Origin: Laetmonice hystrix
Lineage: Eukaryota
Assembly (NCBI GenBank): GCA_965235115.1
Contig: OZ249439.1
Span: 33,978,001-34,042,000 of the forward strand
Direction of reading: 5' to 3'
DNA: 64,000 nt
Shown one piece after another: positions 37,042-48,419 of this stretch. The translations under genes and the position numbers were made by a program. The notes beneath the pieces are model-generated. The model did no database searches. It was given only the letters and a program-made list of their open reading frames with translations, and was not told where the DNA came from. How positions within the stretch are numbered: the first letter of the stretch is position 1; every line of letters starts with the position of its first letter.

Positions 37042-38162
37042 GGGCAGGAACTGGTGGACCACAATACACAGCATACACATACACTAAGCTTTAACATATG
37101 CAAACAGGCCCGCTAACATATATTCAGTCCTATCACGGGCATTATTAAATTCATGAAGATCAACTGTCAGTACCAACTTTAACAAATTACTAGGCCTATA
37201 CTAATAAGTAATGAATAACATAGGTGACAGGCACAAAGAACAGAATCAGTTAATTCCCTTTAAATTCACACACAAAGGGCTAGCTCCGGCCGACCTTCAT
37301 CGAGGCCACCCCTTCCCATGAACGACCAAGTATAAAGACCACCCGGGAGCTCACTACCATACTCGACTCGAACGAAAACCTCCCGCACAGTACACCGTCA
37401 TAACATACATAAAAGTGTGGGTTGAGGAACCCGGCTCCCAGTAACCTGACTTCACCACACAGGCCTTTCCGAGCCAATACCATACGTAATTGCGAGGGCT
37501 TAGCACACGCCACACAACGTGGCACCCGCACCGCTGAGTCGAGCAGGTCATTCAGCGTCCTTGACAACCAGTACAACAAAGAGCTAACTCTCGCTGCAAT
37601 TTTTCACCACGGACCGGGAGCTTACTAGGCCTATGACCGAATTAACTGTGAAATGAAATACTTATCCGCATTTGTTCGTTGAGCAGATCCTATGAAGGCC
37701 ACCGCAAATTCACTCCAAATAAAACGGCTTGGACTACCACCGCAGCTTGGCTCCCGCTCCACTCACAACAACCTGTTCATGTGCCTTCTCAACTCAAACT
37801 GGATTTCAAACTTTGCCCCTTAGCAACATCCCGCGCCAGTCTGCGCACGCACCTTATCCAGACTTGCGCACCTTACCCAGTTCCGGCTAAGACACACTCA
37901 ATTTCGCGCTCCTTGTTGTGCTGAAAATCTATTTCGTGTCACGAAATTCCTCTTTTATTATGTTTTCAATTTGATTGGTTTTGCGTTATATATATATTTT
38001 TTTTAATTTAGCATGGATGTATGCCAGTCAAGTGACGGGACAATAAAACACAACTTGCTTTACTTCGCCTTTTCCATGCAGTAAGCCTAAGTGGTGCTAC
38101 CCACTATCACCACTACACTGTAGGGTAACTCTGAGACCGGGGGAACCCAGGGCATGGCTATA

Positions 38163-41100
38163 GGGTAAGCGTGCCTATTATGAGCACCTTAACTAAATGG
38201 TTATTATTTTTCTCTAAATTTCGAATGAAATTTATCCAAATGGTTGTGTTAACAGTAACTCTTTTTGGGGGATATAATAACATGTCATTTTTGCATGAGC
38301 AACCCACAATTTCAAGTGTATGAGAAAAAATAATATGTATTAAAAATGCTCATATTAGGAACATCATAATCATAATATGAGCATAGGGATATCCTTGTAT
38401 GAGCACCCATGCTCATATTAAGCTTAAAGTGCTCATATTTGGACCCGACTGAACATAACGTCATTATTATGTTCAATTTATTTTAATGTGATAATAATAA
38501 ATATGATATATTTAAATGGCCAGAGCATGGCTCCTTGAAAAAAAGACCTTGAATTAATTAAAAGTTTAACAAAGGTAACATACTGTAATAATTATAGTGC
38601 AAGAATTGCAAATGACCAAATTAGAGTATTTAACCATAATATGAGCATCCCTAGCTGTGCCCTATATTGAACACATGGATTAAGGTTTAATTTGGTATCT
38701 GTTGATACTGAGGTGTGTATAATATATTCAGTCATGAGCATGGAATGGAGTTTCCACATATTTCTTGCAGTGTATGATCAAGTACATTTCTCTTGACCAC
38801 ATCTACATATAGCCTATTATAAACCGGCCCGGCCTCGCGACTGACTGCATGGCTAGATGGCTGGCTTATCGCGTGCGGTATTTCGGCGCCTAAACCTTCA
38901 AAACGCAAAAACAACAATTAAAATGTTACAAACTTTAATCATAATATTATCTTTGACAGTAACTTTAACTTTTACATAAACAAAAAATTTGACATATATA
39001 TAACACATAATTAATTGAATTAATTGTGATGTTCACCCCTTGACTATCTCACTTATAACATACCATGTTCCACCTGATAATGAAATTGTTTATGTGCCCA
39101 GTTTTTACCAATGACACAGAAATTTCAAGACTCTTAAAGAGCTTCTGAGCATTTCCCTTTTTATACATTATATAGGAACAAACAACACAATTATCTGCCA
39201 TTTCTTCAAAGCTTGTGCATTTGTAAACCGATAAAAAATATAAACACTTTGGTTGCCTTACATTTTAATAATGGTAGGCTAACTTCAAAAACAATGAATA
39301 CGTTGAACGTTTGTGTTTTTAAGAATAATTTGTGATAGATCTCTATCAAAAAATGTTTTAACAATCGCTTAGTTGGCTGTGATCACTTGTAAAGTCTAAT
39401 TGCATTCTCGACAGTAGTCACAAATATAAGGGCCATGCCCTTCATAATCAGTACATTGCTCATGTGACCAGTCCTCACAAATGTTGCATGATATCCATGA
39501 CTCTTGGATTGGTTCTACATACTGCTCTTTACACACAATGCAATGATATGTCTGCTGAGACTTAGTAGGAACAGGCCCAACACTTTGAACACAGCGTTTC
39601 CTCTGCACTTTGCTTCTCTGCTTCCCTTTGCCTGTTTTTTTAGAATTTCCTTTGAAGCATTCGCCCGTTTTTATGTCAGTGTCATTTACTTGACCTTTCC
39701 TAGATTTCAGTTTTGATTCTTCTAAAGCTTTCTTATATGGGGAGCTGGTAATCACAGCTGCATGAGTAGATATTCGCTTCCGGGTTGATCTTCTGCCGCA
39801 CAAATTCTTTGCTGGAGTTAGTATACTTGCAAAAGATACTGTTCTTAGTTCAGATTGTGGCACCTTCGATGTTGATGGAACTGGTTGGAAAATTGTAATG
39901 GCAGATGGGTTGGTGTCCTGTGGCTTTGAGGCTGTAGACACTGGTGGGTTGATATCCTGTGGTTGGGGAGCAGCAAAGACTGGTGGGTTGGTGTCCTGTG
40001 GTTGGGGGGTTGTAGACACGGGTGGGTTGATGTCCTGTGGTTGGGGAGTTGCAGCGGCTAGAAGGTTTGGTTCCTGAGATAAGGAAGTTGCAGAGACTGA
40101 TGGATTAATGTCCTGTGGTTGGGGGGTTGCAGCGGCTAGAAGGTTTGGTTCCTGAGATAAGGAAGTTGCAGAGACTGGTGGATTAATGTCCTGTGGTTGG
40201 GGAGTTGCAGCAGCTAGAAGGTTTGGTTCCTGAGGTAAGGAAGTTGCAGAGACTGGTGGATTAATGTCCTGTGGTTGGGGGGTTGCAGCGGCTAGAAGGT
40301 TTGGTTCCTGAGATAAGGAAGTTGCAGAGACTGGTGGATTAATGTCCTGTGGTTGGGGAGTTGCAGCAGCTAGAAGGTTTGGTTCCTGAGGTAAGGAAGT
40401 TGCAGAGACTGGTGGATTAATGTCCTGTGGTTGGGGGGTTGCAGCGGCTAGAAGGTTTGGTTCCTGAGGTAAGGAAGTTGCAGAGACTGGTGGGTTGGTG
40501 TTCTGCTCTCTCTCAGGAGCAGCTTCTGGCAGATTAGTCTCACAAATCTCACGCTGTAGTGGTAGCTCTGTTTTCTCTACTAATTTTGCCACACATTCTG
40601 GTGAAAAGGGGTGTATACCACATTTCCTGAACCCATTTGTGGCATTTTCTACACTTGCTGCCCTTTTGAATGAAGTGTAGAATAATGGAGCTACATCCCA
40701 TTCCGTAAGACGCTGACCGGGATGTTCCCTGAGCCACTTCTGTACCTCCTTGTTATATGCACTGTTTAGACTTTTGAAAACACTAACGTCTAAAGGCTGA
40801 AGGCGGTGTGTCGTATGTGGGGGCAAAGACACAATGATGACATTGTTTTCTTTTGCAGTGTTTATTAATCTGATGTTTTTCGTGTGAGAGCTATGTCCAT
40901 CGAGAATCAACAGTGTCTTTTCCTTCCTAGCCCTCGGTTGAACACTTTGGATGAATATGTCTTCAAACCACTTGTAGAAAAGATCTTCATTCACCCATCC
41001 ACTTGGCGAAGCCTCACCTACTACCGATCCATTTGGGAGTGATATAAGTTCTTTCCTCATTCTAACACGGGGAAATATCAGCATTGGTGTCAAAAACTGT

Positions 41101-42289
41101 CCTGTTGCAGACGCACATACGATAGCTGTAATTGTCTTTCCCCTCTCTGCACTAATCAAAGTATGCACATCCTTCTTTCCTTTTCTTGCAACAATTTTAT
41201 TTGGTTTGTGACAGATGCTGTAACCTGTTTCATCCACATTATATATTTGACTAGGTGGAATGACTTGATTGCCTTCTTCACCAAACAAGATTTCTTTGAG
41301 GAGATTCATGTATTCATCCACTTTTACTTTTGTGAATCCAAAGGCTCTTGCAAATGACATTTGCTCAGGTATACGAACTGCCAGAATAGGATGACGTGCC
41401 ATAAAAGCTCGCAACCACTTTACACCAGCCACCTTGTTTTCGTTGTTGAATGGGTGGGTTATTCTATTAACTTCGCAAAACTGATATACCAAGGATCGGA
41501 CATCCAGTCGTGTTAAGCCAAACAATCTTTCTTCAAAATACAAAATCAAGGACACCAATTCTTCCTCCTGATCCTCTGAGAGAACAGTTTTTGTACCAAG
41601 ACGTTTGCAGACACCCTCTCCATTTTTCACCTTTATAATATGCCTTCTTAATGTCTGTCTAGGAATACCAAATTTTATGCTTGTCATTCTCTCTGATTTT
41701 CCATACATCATGACATTCCTTACTGCTGCTTGCAGAGAGTCAAGACTCCACTGGCCCCGTTTACACTGACCACGAGGCATCTGTAAGAAAATCAGAGCAA
41801 ACCGTTATCATAGGCCTATAGTAGGCTAGGCTATAGCAAAAAGCTTAAGTTCCTGATATGAGCACCCCCGTCCCTATTATGATCACATGCTCATACAAGG
41901 AAATATTGATATGCTCATATTAGGAAAATAACATATGCTTCTGAATAGGCCTATTCTAAAAAATGTATGCAATGTACCTTTATTATCACCCACTCCACTA
42001 CAAATAAAACATATATTCTTGAACATCCTACATTTTTTTGTATATACTCAATAGGTATTTATGTTCTTTATGCCTCAACCTATGTGAAAAATTGGCAATT
42101 TTAAGATCACAATCATTGTCATCGACATAGAAAGATAACTTGTAGATTGATCTAACTCCCCTTACCTTGCGAGATGTCTCTCGTGACGACCTTGACGTAG
42201 ATAAACGGTGCTGCCATCTACCGTTAGCAAGTGAAAAATAAACATCTATGCTCATATTAGGACCATGCTCATATTAGGCACAGTTACCC
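38163..42289 (-). mobile_element. Full-length pogo-family (Tc1/mariner superfamily) transposon
   Basis: ta|gggtaagcgtgcctattatgagca ... tgctcatattaggcacagttaccc|ta gives a TA TSD, a ~24-bp imperfect TIR and subterminal tatgagca repeats. Confidence 0.92.
39396..41780 (-). CDS. pogo transposase, 794 aa: psq-type and CENP-B-type HTH, DDD domain, 26-aa repeat tract, C-terminal PHD finger
   Basis: NVDETG, LILDGHSSH and LQPLD (36 residues between the second and third Asp); CIVC...WISCNICEDWSHEQC...YICDYC. The ORF is uninterrupted and a splice acceptor lies immediately before the ATG. Confidence 0.95.
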   Translation of the reverse strand: MPRGQCKRGQWSLDSLQAAVRNVMMYGKSERMTSIKFGIPRQTLRRHIIKVKNGEGVCKRLGTKTVLSEDQEEELVSLILYFEERLFGLTRLDVRSLVYQFCEVNRITHPFNNENKVAGVKWLRAFMARHPILAVRIPEQMSFARAFGFTKVKVDEYMNLLKEILFGEEGNQVIPPSQIYNVDETGYSICHKPNKIVARKGKKDVHTLISAERGKTITAIVCASATGQFLTPMLIFPRVRMRKELISLPNGSVVGEASPSGWVNEDLFYKWFEDIFIQSVQPRARKEKTLLILDGHSSHTKNIRLINTAKENNVIIVSLPPHTTHRLQPLDVSVFKSLNSAYNKEVQKWLREHPGQRLTEWDVAPLFYTSFKRAASVENATNGFRKCGIHPFSPECVAKLVEKTELPLQREICETNLPEAAPEREQNTNPPVSATSLPQEPNLLAAATPQPQDINPPVSATSLPQEPNLLAAATPQPQDINPPVSATSLSQEPNLLAAATPQPQDINPPVSATSLPQEPNLLAAATPQPQDINPPVSATSLSQEPNLLAAATPQPQDINPSVSATSLSQEPNLLAAATPQPQDINPPVSTTPQPQDTNPPVFAAPQPQDINPPVSTASKPQDTNPSAITIFQPVPSTSKVPQSELRTVSFASILTPAKNLCGRRSTRKRISTHAAVITSSPYKKALEESKLKSRKGQVNDTDIKTGECFKGNSKKTGKGKQRSKVQRKRCVQSVGPVPTKSQQTYHCIVCKEQYVEPIQESWISCNICEDWSHEQCTDYEGHGPYICDYCRECN

Positions 42290-42995
42290 TACGCGTTCCC
42301 AAAGTTCCTGTGGGAGTGGCTTCTATCCTGCGCATGCGCATTGGATACTATAGGAACCACGAGTCCACAGGAACAACGGGACCGCCACACCGGGACTAAG
42401 GCCTCTACAGAATACAGTGGGCCACCTGCAGTCACGGGCAGAAATACTTAATTTTCACCAGGTCAACAAAAGAGCGGGTGAACTTGTGAGCCTTAAGGCC
42501 TGTTCACACTGGCGGCGCGGTGCGATGCAGTGCGATGCGGTGAAATAATCGCCAGGCTGTGTCACATTTGACAGAGAGAGAGAGAGAGATCCGAGAGGGA
42601 GAGGGAGAGGGGGAGGGGGAGGGAGAGGGAGGGACAGAAACCTGATGCCAGGTGATGCCCTGCCCCTGAAACTTTGACCGAGGTTTTGATGTTGCTACGA
42701 CGTTGCCAGAAGGGGCGGGGCTTAAAATATCCCCTTAAACTACAAGTTTGAATGGTGCGTAGTAAAAACATACGACTTAAAAGCTGAATTACAGACCTTC
42801 TGGTCAGATACACGTGCTCACCTCTCGGCTGAAGGGCACTTTCGAGGGGGATTTCCCTTTCGCTATCCCCACACGGTGGGTGATTCGACGCGGAAAAATA
42901 CTGCAGGAGCGATCGGGTGCGTTTGGAATCACTCGCCGCGACCTACCGCGTCCTACCGCATCGCGTCGCACCGCGTCGCACCGCAGAACACCCAA

Positions 42996-43136
42996 ACTCG
43001 TGTGTGATAACGGGATTCTGTATCAGACTCGGCGGCAAGCGCAGAGATTCACATCAGCACTCGTGCTTCGCACTCGTGCTGATATTACTCCGCGCTTGCC
43101 GCCTCGTCTGATACAGAATCCCGTATCACACACTCG
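42996..43136. mobile_element. Short hairpin element with actcg direct repeats; possibly a non-autonomous Crypton-type element
   Basis: ~60-bp inverted arms (gtgtgtgataacgggattctgtatcagac / gtctgatacagaatcccgtatcacacac) around a central cactcgtgcttcgcactcgtg. Confidence 0.45.
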
Positions 43137-43875
43137 GTCGTTCCTGTGTATTTCTATTACACCTGGGCCGGTCGCAGTTAGAACCCGGTACGAGCCACGC
43201 ACTGATCCACGTCCATGCACAAGCGTTTCTTTGTGGCCAATCCCGCGGCCTAAGACCCAAATTAAGACCAGAGAGTTAAGATTGCCACAGAGGTGGCTTT
43301 AATTAGGCCCGATAGTAGTGGGCAGCCAGTGTTATCCAACCCAGCGGATGCTTTCTCAGTTTCTGTAATGTATAATACAGATACTAGCTGGACCCCCACG
43401 CTGAATGGTTGACCCCCATAACCCTCTGGAGAACCTATCTCAGTATTTGTCGAAGCAATCCGAATAGTATAATTATGAAGGAGACCTGAGTCGATTTGGA
43501 CAAAATGATTTACTACATCACAGTGGTAACATATAGGACAATTAAAGAGACCCGTAATGAAGCATTTTAGACAAATGATGAGATACAATTACACAAGAAT
43601 TTACATATTATGATGACATGGTTATCATGTGAAAAATGAATACAATGTATATCAGAGGACGTGGTTGTCAGTTTCTGTGGCCACGTGGTGGAATTGGTGT
43701 ACTAAGTGGCGAGCGAGGCACAGCCTCAACAATGGCTACCAACGTCAATCAGCTTCTTTCAACTTCTTTCTGCCAGCCAGAGTGCTGTAGGTGGTTACGT
43801 AACCAGCCCCGCTATCGGAAGTGACGTAGTGCCTGAAACCTCCTATTGGTCTGTGTAATGATCGGATGGTGCACA

Positions 43876-44755
43876 CCGGCGTCCCAGTTACCCCCCCCCC
43901 CCCAATCAGATTATCCCGGGGTAACCTGTAACTTCAAATTACCTCCCCCCCCCCCCGTAATCTGAAGTAACAGTCAAGTTGGTTTTAAAAAGCCCCTCGG
44001 TTAGGGCAAAGACCTAGGAATATCTTTGGTTAGGGTTAAGGCAAGTTTAGGGTTAGGGTGCCTTTCCATTAACGCGGTTTAGCCGGCCGGCTAACCAGCC
44101 GGCTAGCCGCCTGGCGGCTGTGGAAAAATCGAACTAGTAATATCCAATGGTAGCATTTCCATTGGCGCGTTTAGCCGCCAGGCGGCTAGCCGGCCGGCTG
44201 GAGAATCGAGCAGTGTTCGATTTTTTTACGACCCGCGTGGCTCAACCGCCAGGGAATTCCATGAAAATGACGTCATCCCTGGGATACCCCATATTTCTTT
44301 CACTTTTTGGACCGTTTGTCTTGCCATTACAGGGGGTGGGGTGTTTAAAATAGCCCCCAAAAGGCTGGACATCCCCTATCATTGCCAGGCATGGATCATA
44401 GCCTAAATAGTCGTTAATTTAATTTGGCGTATTATTAGGCCTATTATATGCCTACTAGCCTACTAATACTAGGCACTGAACTTCATGGAAATGCAACACA
44501 TGATTTATTGTATCGGTAAAAGCAATGACCTGTTATTGCATCTCGGACTGTCACCAGTATTTGCTTGGCAGCTTGGTTCTGTGATGAGACTATAAGGCCT
44601 AAGGTCTATTTGGATTAACGCCCTAAACCTTTTTTTATCTGAAGGTTCTTGAAACTTGGGGGGGGGGGGGGGGGGGGTAATTTGAAGTTAACTTCAGATT
44701 ACCGGGCGGTAACTTCAATGCGGGGGGGGGGGGTAATCTGAAACTGTTACACCGG
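43876..44755. mobile_element. CCGG-terminated non-autonomous element
   Basis: Inverted ends (ccggcgtcccagttac, cagattatcccgg, acttcaaattacc versus ggtaatttgaagt, ggtaatctgaaactgttacaccgg); internal ggttagggtt repeats and a nested MITE piece. Confidence 0.55.
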
Positions 44756-45875
44756 AGCCGAGACGGCACCGACTGTCTTTTGTGCCGGTGATTAGACCCG
44801 ACACAAGTGGCACTAAGAAACCGACAAACCCGTATTGTGCAGGTTCGCTGCATACTCCTTTCATGGTCCTAAGTTAGGCCCGTGGCTTGCCTTGGGACTG
44901 TGGAACCGGACCCTGCACTTATTCCACCTTGCCGCATAATTTCATGGCTACTTGTAGCCTATATATTTGTTCTAACTCAGGACCCCATGACGTGTTTAGA
45001 AAAAATGGGGTCCCAGTTTAAAAAATGGAGTCCCAAAATAAACTGTAACAAACATTGTTATAATATAATGGTGGATATATACAGTTTCTTTGAGAAAATC
45101 AATTTTGTTGGAGTGGTTTCACAAAAATATTTAATTGCAGGATTCCACTTTATATCACCCGTGTAGATGTTTCTGTCAAAGGTACGGTACTTTGAGATTG
45201 CCTGATCCTATCACAAACCTTTCAACTATGACGGTACATACACAAGTAGCCTAGGCCTATGCATCATGGAAATTTTCAATTCAGATTGAATTCCATATAT
45301 TATATCACCGGACAGAAGGAGCCATTACCTCATGCAGGTCTACAGGCGTAATACATAGATATAGCCTACCTGTAGCAATAAACTCGCTTTTCCCTTACAC
45401 TTGCAGCCGCCCCACCCCCACCCCACCCCCACCCTCGCCCCCTCGCCCCTCCTGCTCGACTGCCGGGACATGCCCGCCCGCCCTAGCCTCCTCCCCGACT
45501 GCCAGAAAATCCCCACCCAACCTTGCCTCCTCCCCCGTCCTGCCGGACTGCCAGGACAACGCCGCCCACCCTGGCTGTCACAACGGCTAGGCCAAGCAAA
45601 AAGCTGTGGCGCTGAAAACGTCGTAACGTTACACGGGACGCGCCAGCTTCTTCATTTTTTACGGTGTAAGCGCGAACCCACCCCCACCAGCTGCCCGACG
45701 CCCGAAAATTATTCTAGCAAAAAGGCTGGATTTTGTGAAATGGTGAGGGGGTCCCACATCATTGAACATGGATGATTTTGGTCAATACAGTTCAGGAAAA
45801 AAAGGGGCCGACCGTGTACCCTCAAAATGCCCACTTTTTGTACCCCCCCCCCCCACTCGTACTATAACGGACGGC

Positions 45876-45981
<106 letters not shown>

Positions 45982-47217
45982 TATATATAGTGTATATAGT
46001 GTATATGAAGTGTCACAGCCACACAGGCCAACATGACCAAATTAATGACAGACATGATAAGAAACCCCACTGTCGTATTGTGATACTCTGTGTACCTACT
46101 GTAATTCGCATTGAATATTAAACCTCATCACTGTTTTAAAATTTGTTTCATGCACAGATTTTGTAAATTTTATTATAATGTCGAAAGACATGGTATCGGT
46201 TCTATAATCAAAGCCGTAGTTTGTACAGGATAATCCGTTTCCGGTATCTGGCAATAGGCTCTACCCTTATACTGTTCTTAATGCGTGGAAAAACAATGGG
46301 AGATGGTAACTAGAGAGGTATATTGGAGGCTCCCAATAGTAATATTTTAGCGTCCTGCGACAGATAGATATCATACATAAAAAATAGCTGGGGTGAAGAT
46401 GTATGTGAAATCCCTAGTCAGGATGTACATTGAGGATTTGAAATACATGTACCGGTTCTGACCCCCCCCCCCCCCTCCTGTACGCATGGTGCACGCAATG
46501 TCAAGAAATTTTGGAAACAAATTCTTGAATGGCTATAAATCTGTACATGAACGTAAGTATTATATATCCATTTTGAAGGTAATACAAAATATTAAACATA
46601 AAAGTTTTGATTAACTCAAAGAATATTTACTATAATATTCTGATTAGTAGATAAAGATAAAGTAGATTAGTAAATTAAAGCTACCTAGATCAAAAGATTT
46701 ATACATCTCGTCTAGAACTAGTTTTTTTGTTAAATTTATTATTGCTACTAGATAATTATTTATCCACATAACTCACTGGTATGCTAGATCTGTTTCGAAA
46801 TAATTTAAATTCAATTTAGGCGTTCACAATAATTAATTGCCCTCTTAAGTTAAGTTAATCTTTACTTTACTAAAGTGACGATAGTCTAGATAATAATAGT
46901 AAAAATTATGATAATATTTATTATTATCGATTATAGTAGTCCCCAGTAAGATGGTGGGGTTGTCTTCTTCCCCTTTTCTCCCCCCCCCCTTCTAATAATC
47001 TGCCGATATCTTGGCTTAATAAAGCAGCAGTCTCGTCCGTTAGACCATGCTCGCAGCCACCTAGACTAGTGACCTATTTGATAACTGTCCATCCTATGCC
47101 ATGGCTATGCTGTGCCTGTAGCATAGGAACTGACACCAATAAGCACATGGTCATGGGCCGGCGTCGCACAATGCTGAAGGACGAGACCCTCGATTTAAGA
47201 GTGCAGTAACTGAGTTA

Positions 47218-47377
47218 AGGCCGGTTTGTAGTCCGTCGGCCGACCATCGGTCGACCATCGCTGAACGTTTATAGTCCAGCGATCCGGCCGTCGATCGACC
47301 GATCACTGGGAGTTAAGCCTGCGTGAACTTTGACCTGACGTCGAGCGATGGTCGGCCGACGGACTATAAACCGGCCT
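47218..47377. mobile_element. Harbinger-type MITE
   Basis: aggccggtttgtagtccgtcggccgaccatcg ... cgatggtcggccgacggactataaaccggcct. Confidence 0.75.
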
Positions 47378-48419
47378 TAAGGCAGCGCTTCACTTTCAAC
47401 TTCAAGACGTAATTTTGCAAATTAAAACCGCTCTCAGAAAAACACAACCCAAGTCAGAAGTACAGAACCTGTGACTCACGGAATATTATACTAGCACTAC
47501 AGACCTAGCCAAGATGAATCCGTACAAGACTTATTTTAGATCTAACGTTAGACTCTTATTTTCTAGCTTGCCTTAGTCGTCTAAGGCTAAGGTCTGGGCC
47601 CGGTTTCTCGAAAATACTTAAGTCTGAGTTTCACTCAACTTTACTCAACTCAGGAAATGGAGGATTCACATTGGCTAAAAACGTTCTTTCAGGGCCGTAG
47701 CTAGGGGGGGGGGGGCTGAGGGGGCTGCAGCCCCCCCCCCCAACCAAAATCAAGTCAATTTTTTGTTCCTCTTGTATCAGTGAATGTTTGTATGACGAGG
47801 AGAATCCAAAATATACGCTGGTACATAACAGTCCAGCTTTAACCCATCCTCCCCCGCTCGGGGTTGAACCTTTGCACTTGCAGTTGATTCATCCCCCTCC
47901 CACCTGCCCGTCTATTCTTAGATACGCGTTCCCCGCAGCGCCACCTGTTTCCCCCTTGCTGGCTGCGCCATGAGATTGGAGCACTGCCTGTGGCGCGATT
48001 CATAAAAATTAGAGTGCATTTCTGGTTAGCCAATGGGAACGTTCCCACGGTAAAGTTATTGTTGTCGAAGCAATGGCGAAGCCAACGATAGCAGCAACGG
48101 GTAGGCATTTAATCCCGACACTATAGTGACAGTGAGAGGAACAACTTTGAGTTGACAGGGCTGCAAGGACACACACTATAACTAACTGTATTGTTAGGGA
48201 GCGACACATTTGTTTATCAGCGACCTGTGCAAGGCTATCAGGCATTTTTGCGAGAAGTAAGCCTTCGGTGGGACCGTTAGTGCAGGTGGAGCGCCGATGA
48301 CAGGTACTATTAATATTCATAAGGTTGACCTCAGGGTCAACTTCCCCCCGGTTAGCATAGGCTGCGCTCAAGGGGTAGAATGCAGGATGCGCGATGCCCC
48401 TTGACAACTCAAGATGGCT

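Larger units (their letters stand above)
31360..37955 (-). mobile_element. Ngaro-type tyrosine-recombinase retrotransposon with split direct repeats A1...B1-A2-B2
   Basis: A (190 bp) at 37766-37955 and 31714-31903; B (328 bp) at 31901-32228 and 31360-31687. The interior has gag-like, RT and YR remnants. TTT is shared by both termini and the internal B1/A2 junction. Confidence 0.92.
31016..42393. mobile_element. Probable CCGG-terminated non-autonomous element hosting the Ngaro and pogo insertions
   Basis: ccggtgtcacggtcccggggttcctgtc...gttcctatatccaa versus the reverse complement of the right end, ccggtgtggcggtcccgttgttcctgtg...gttcctatagtatccaa; no TSD found. Confidence 0.5.

Noticed and set aside
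48009..48407. 132-aa ORF downstream of the hAT transposase
   Set aside because: Non-ATG start and no recognisable motif; likely 3' non-coding sequence.
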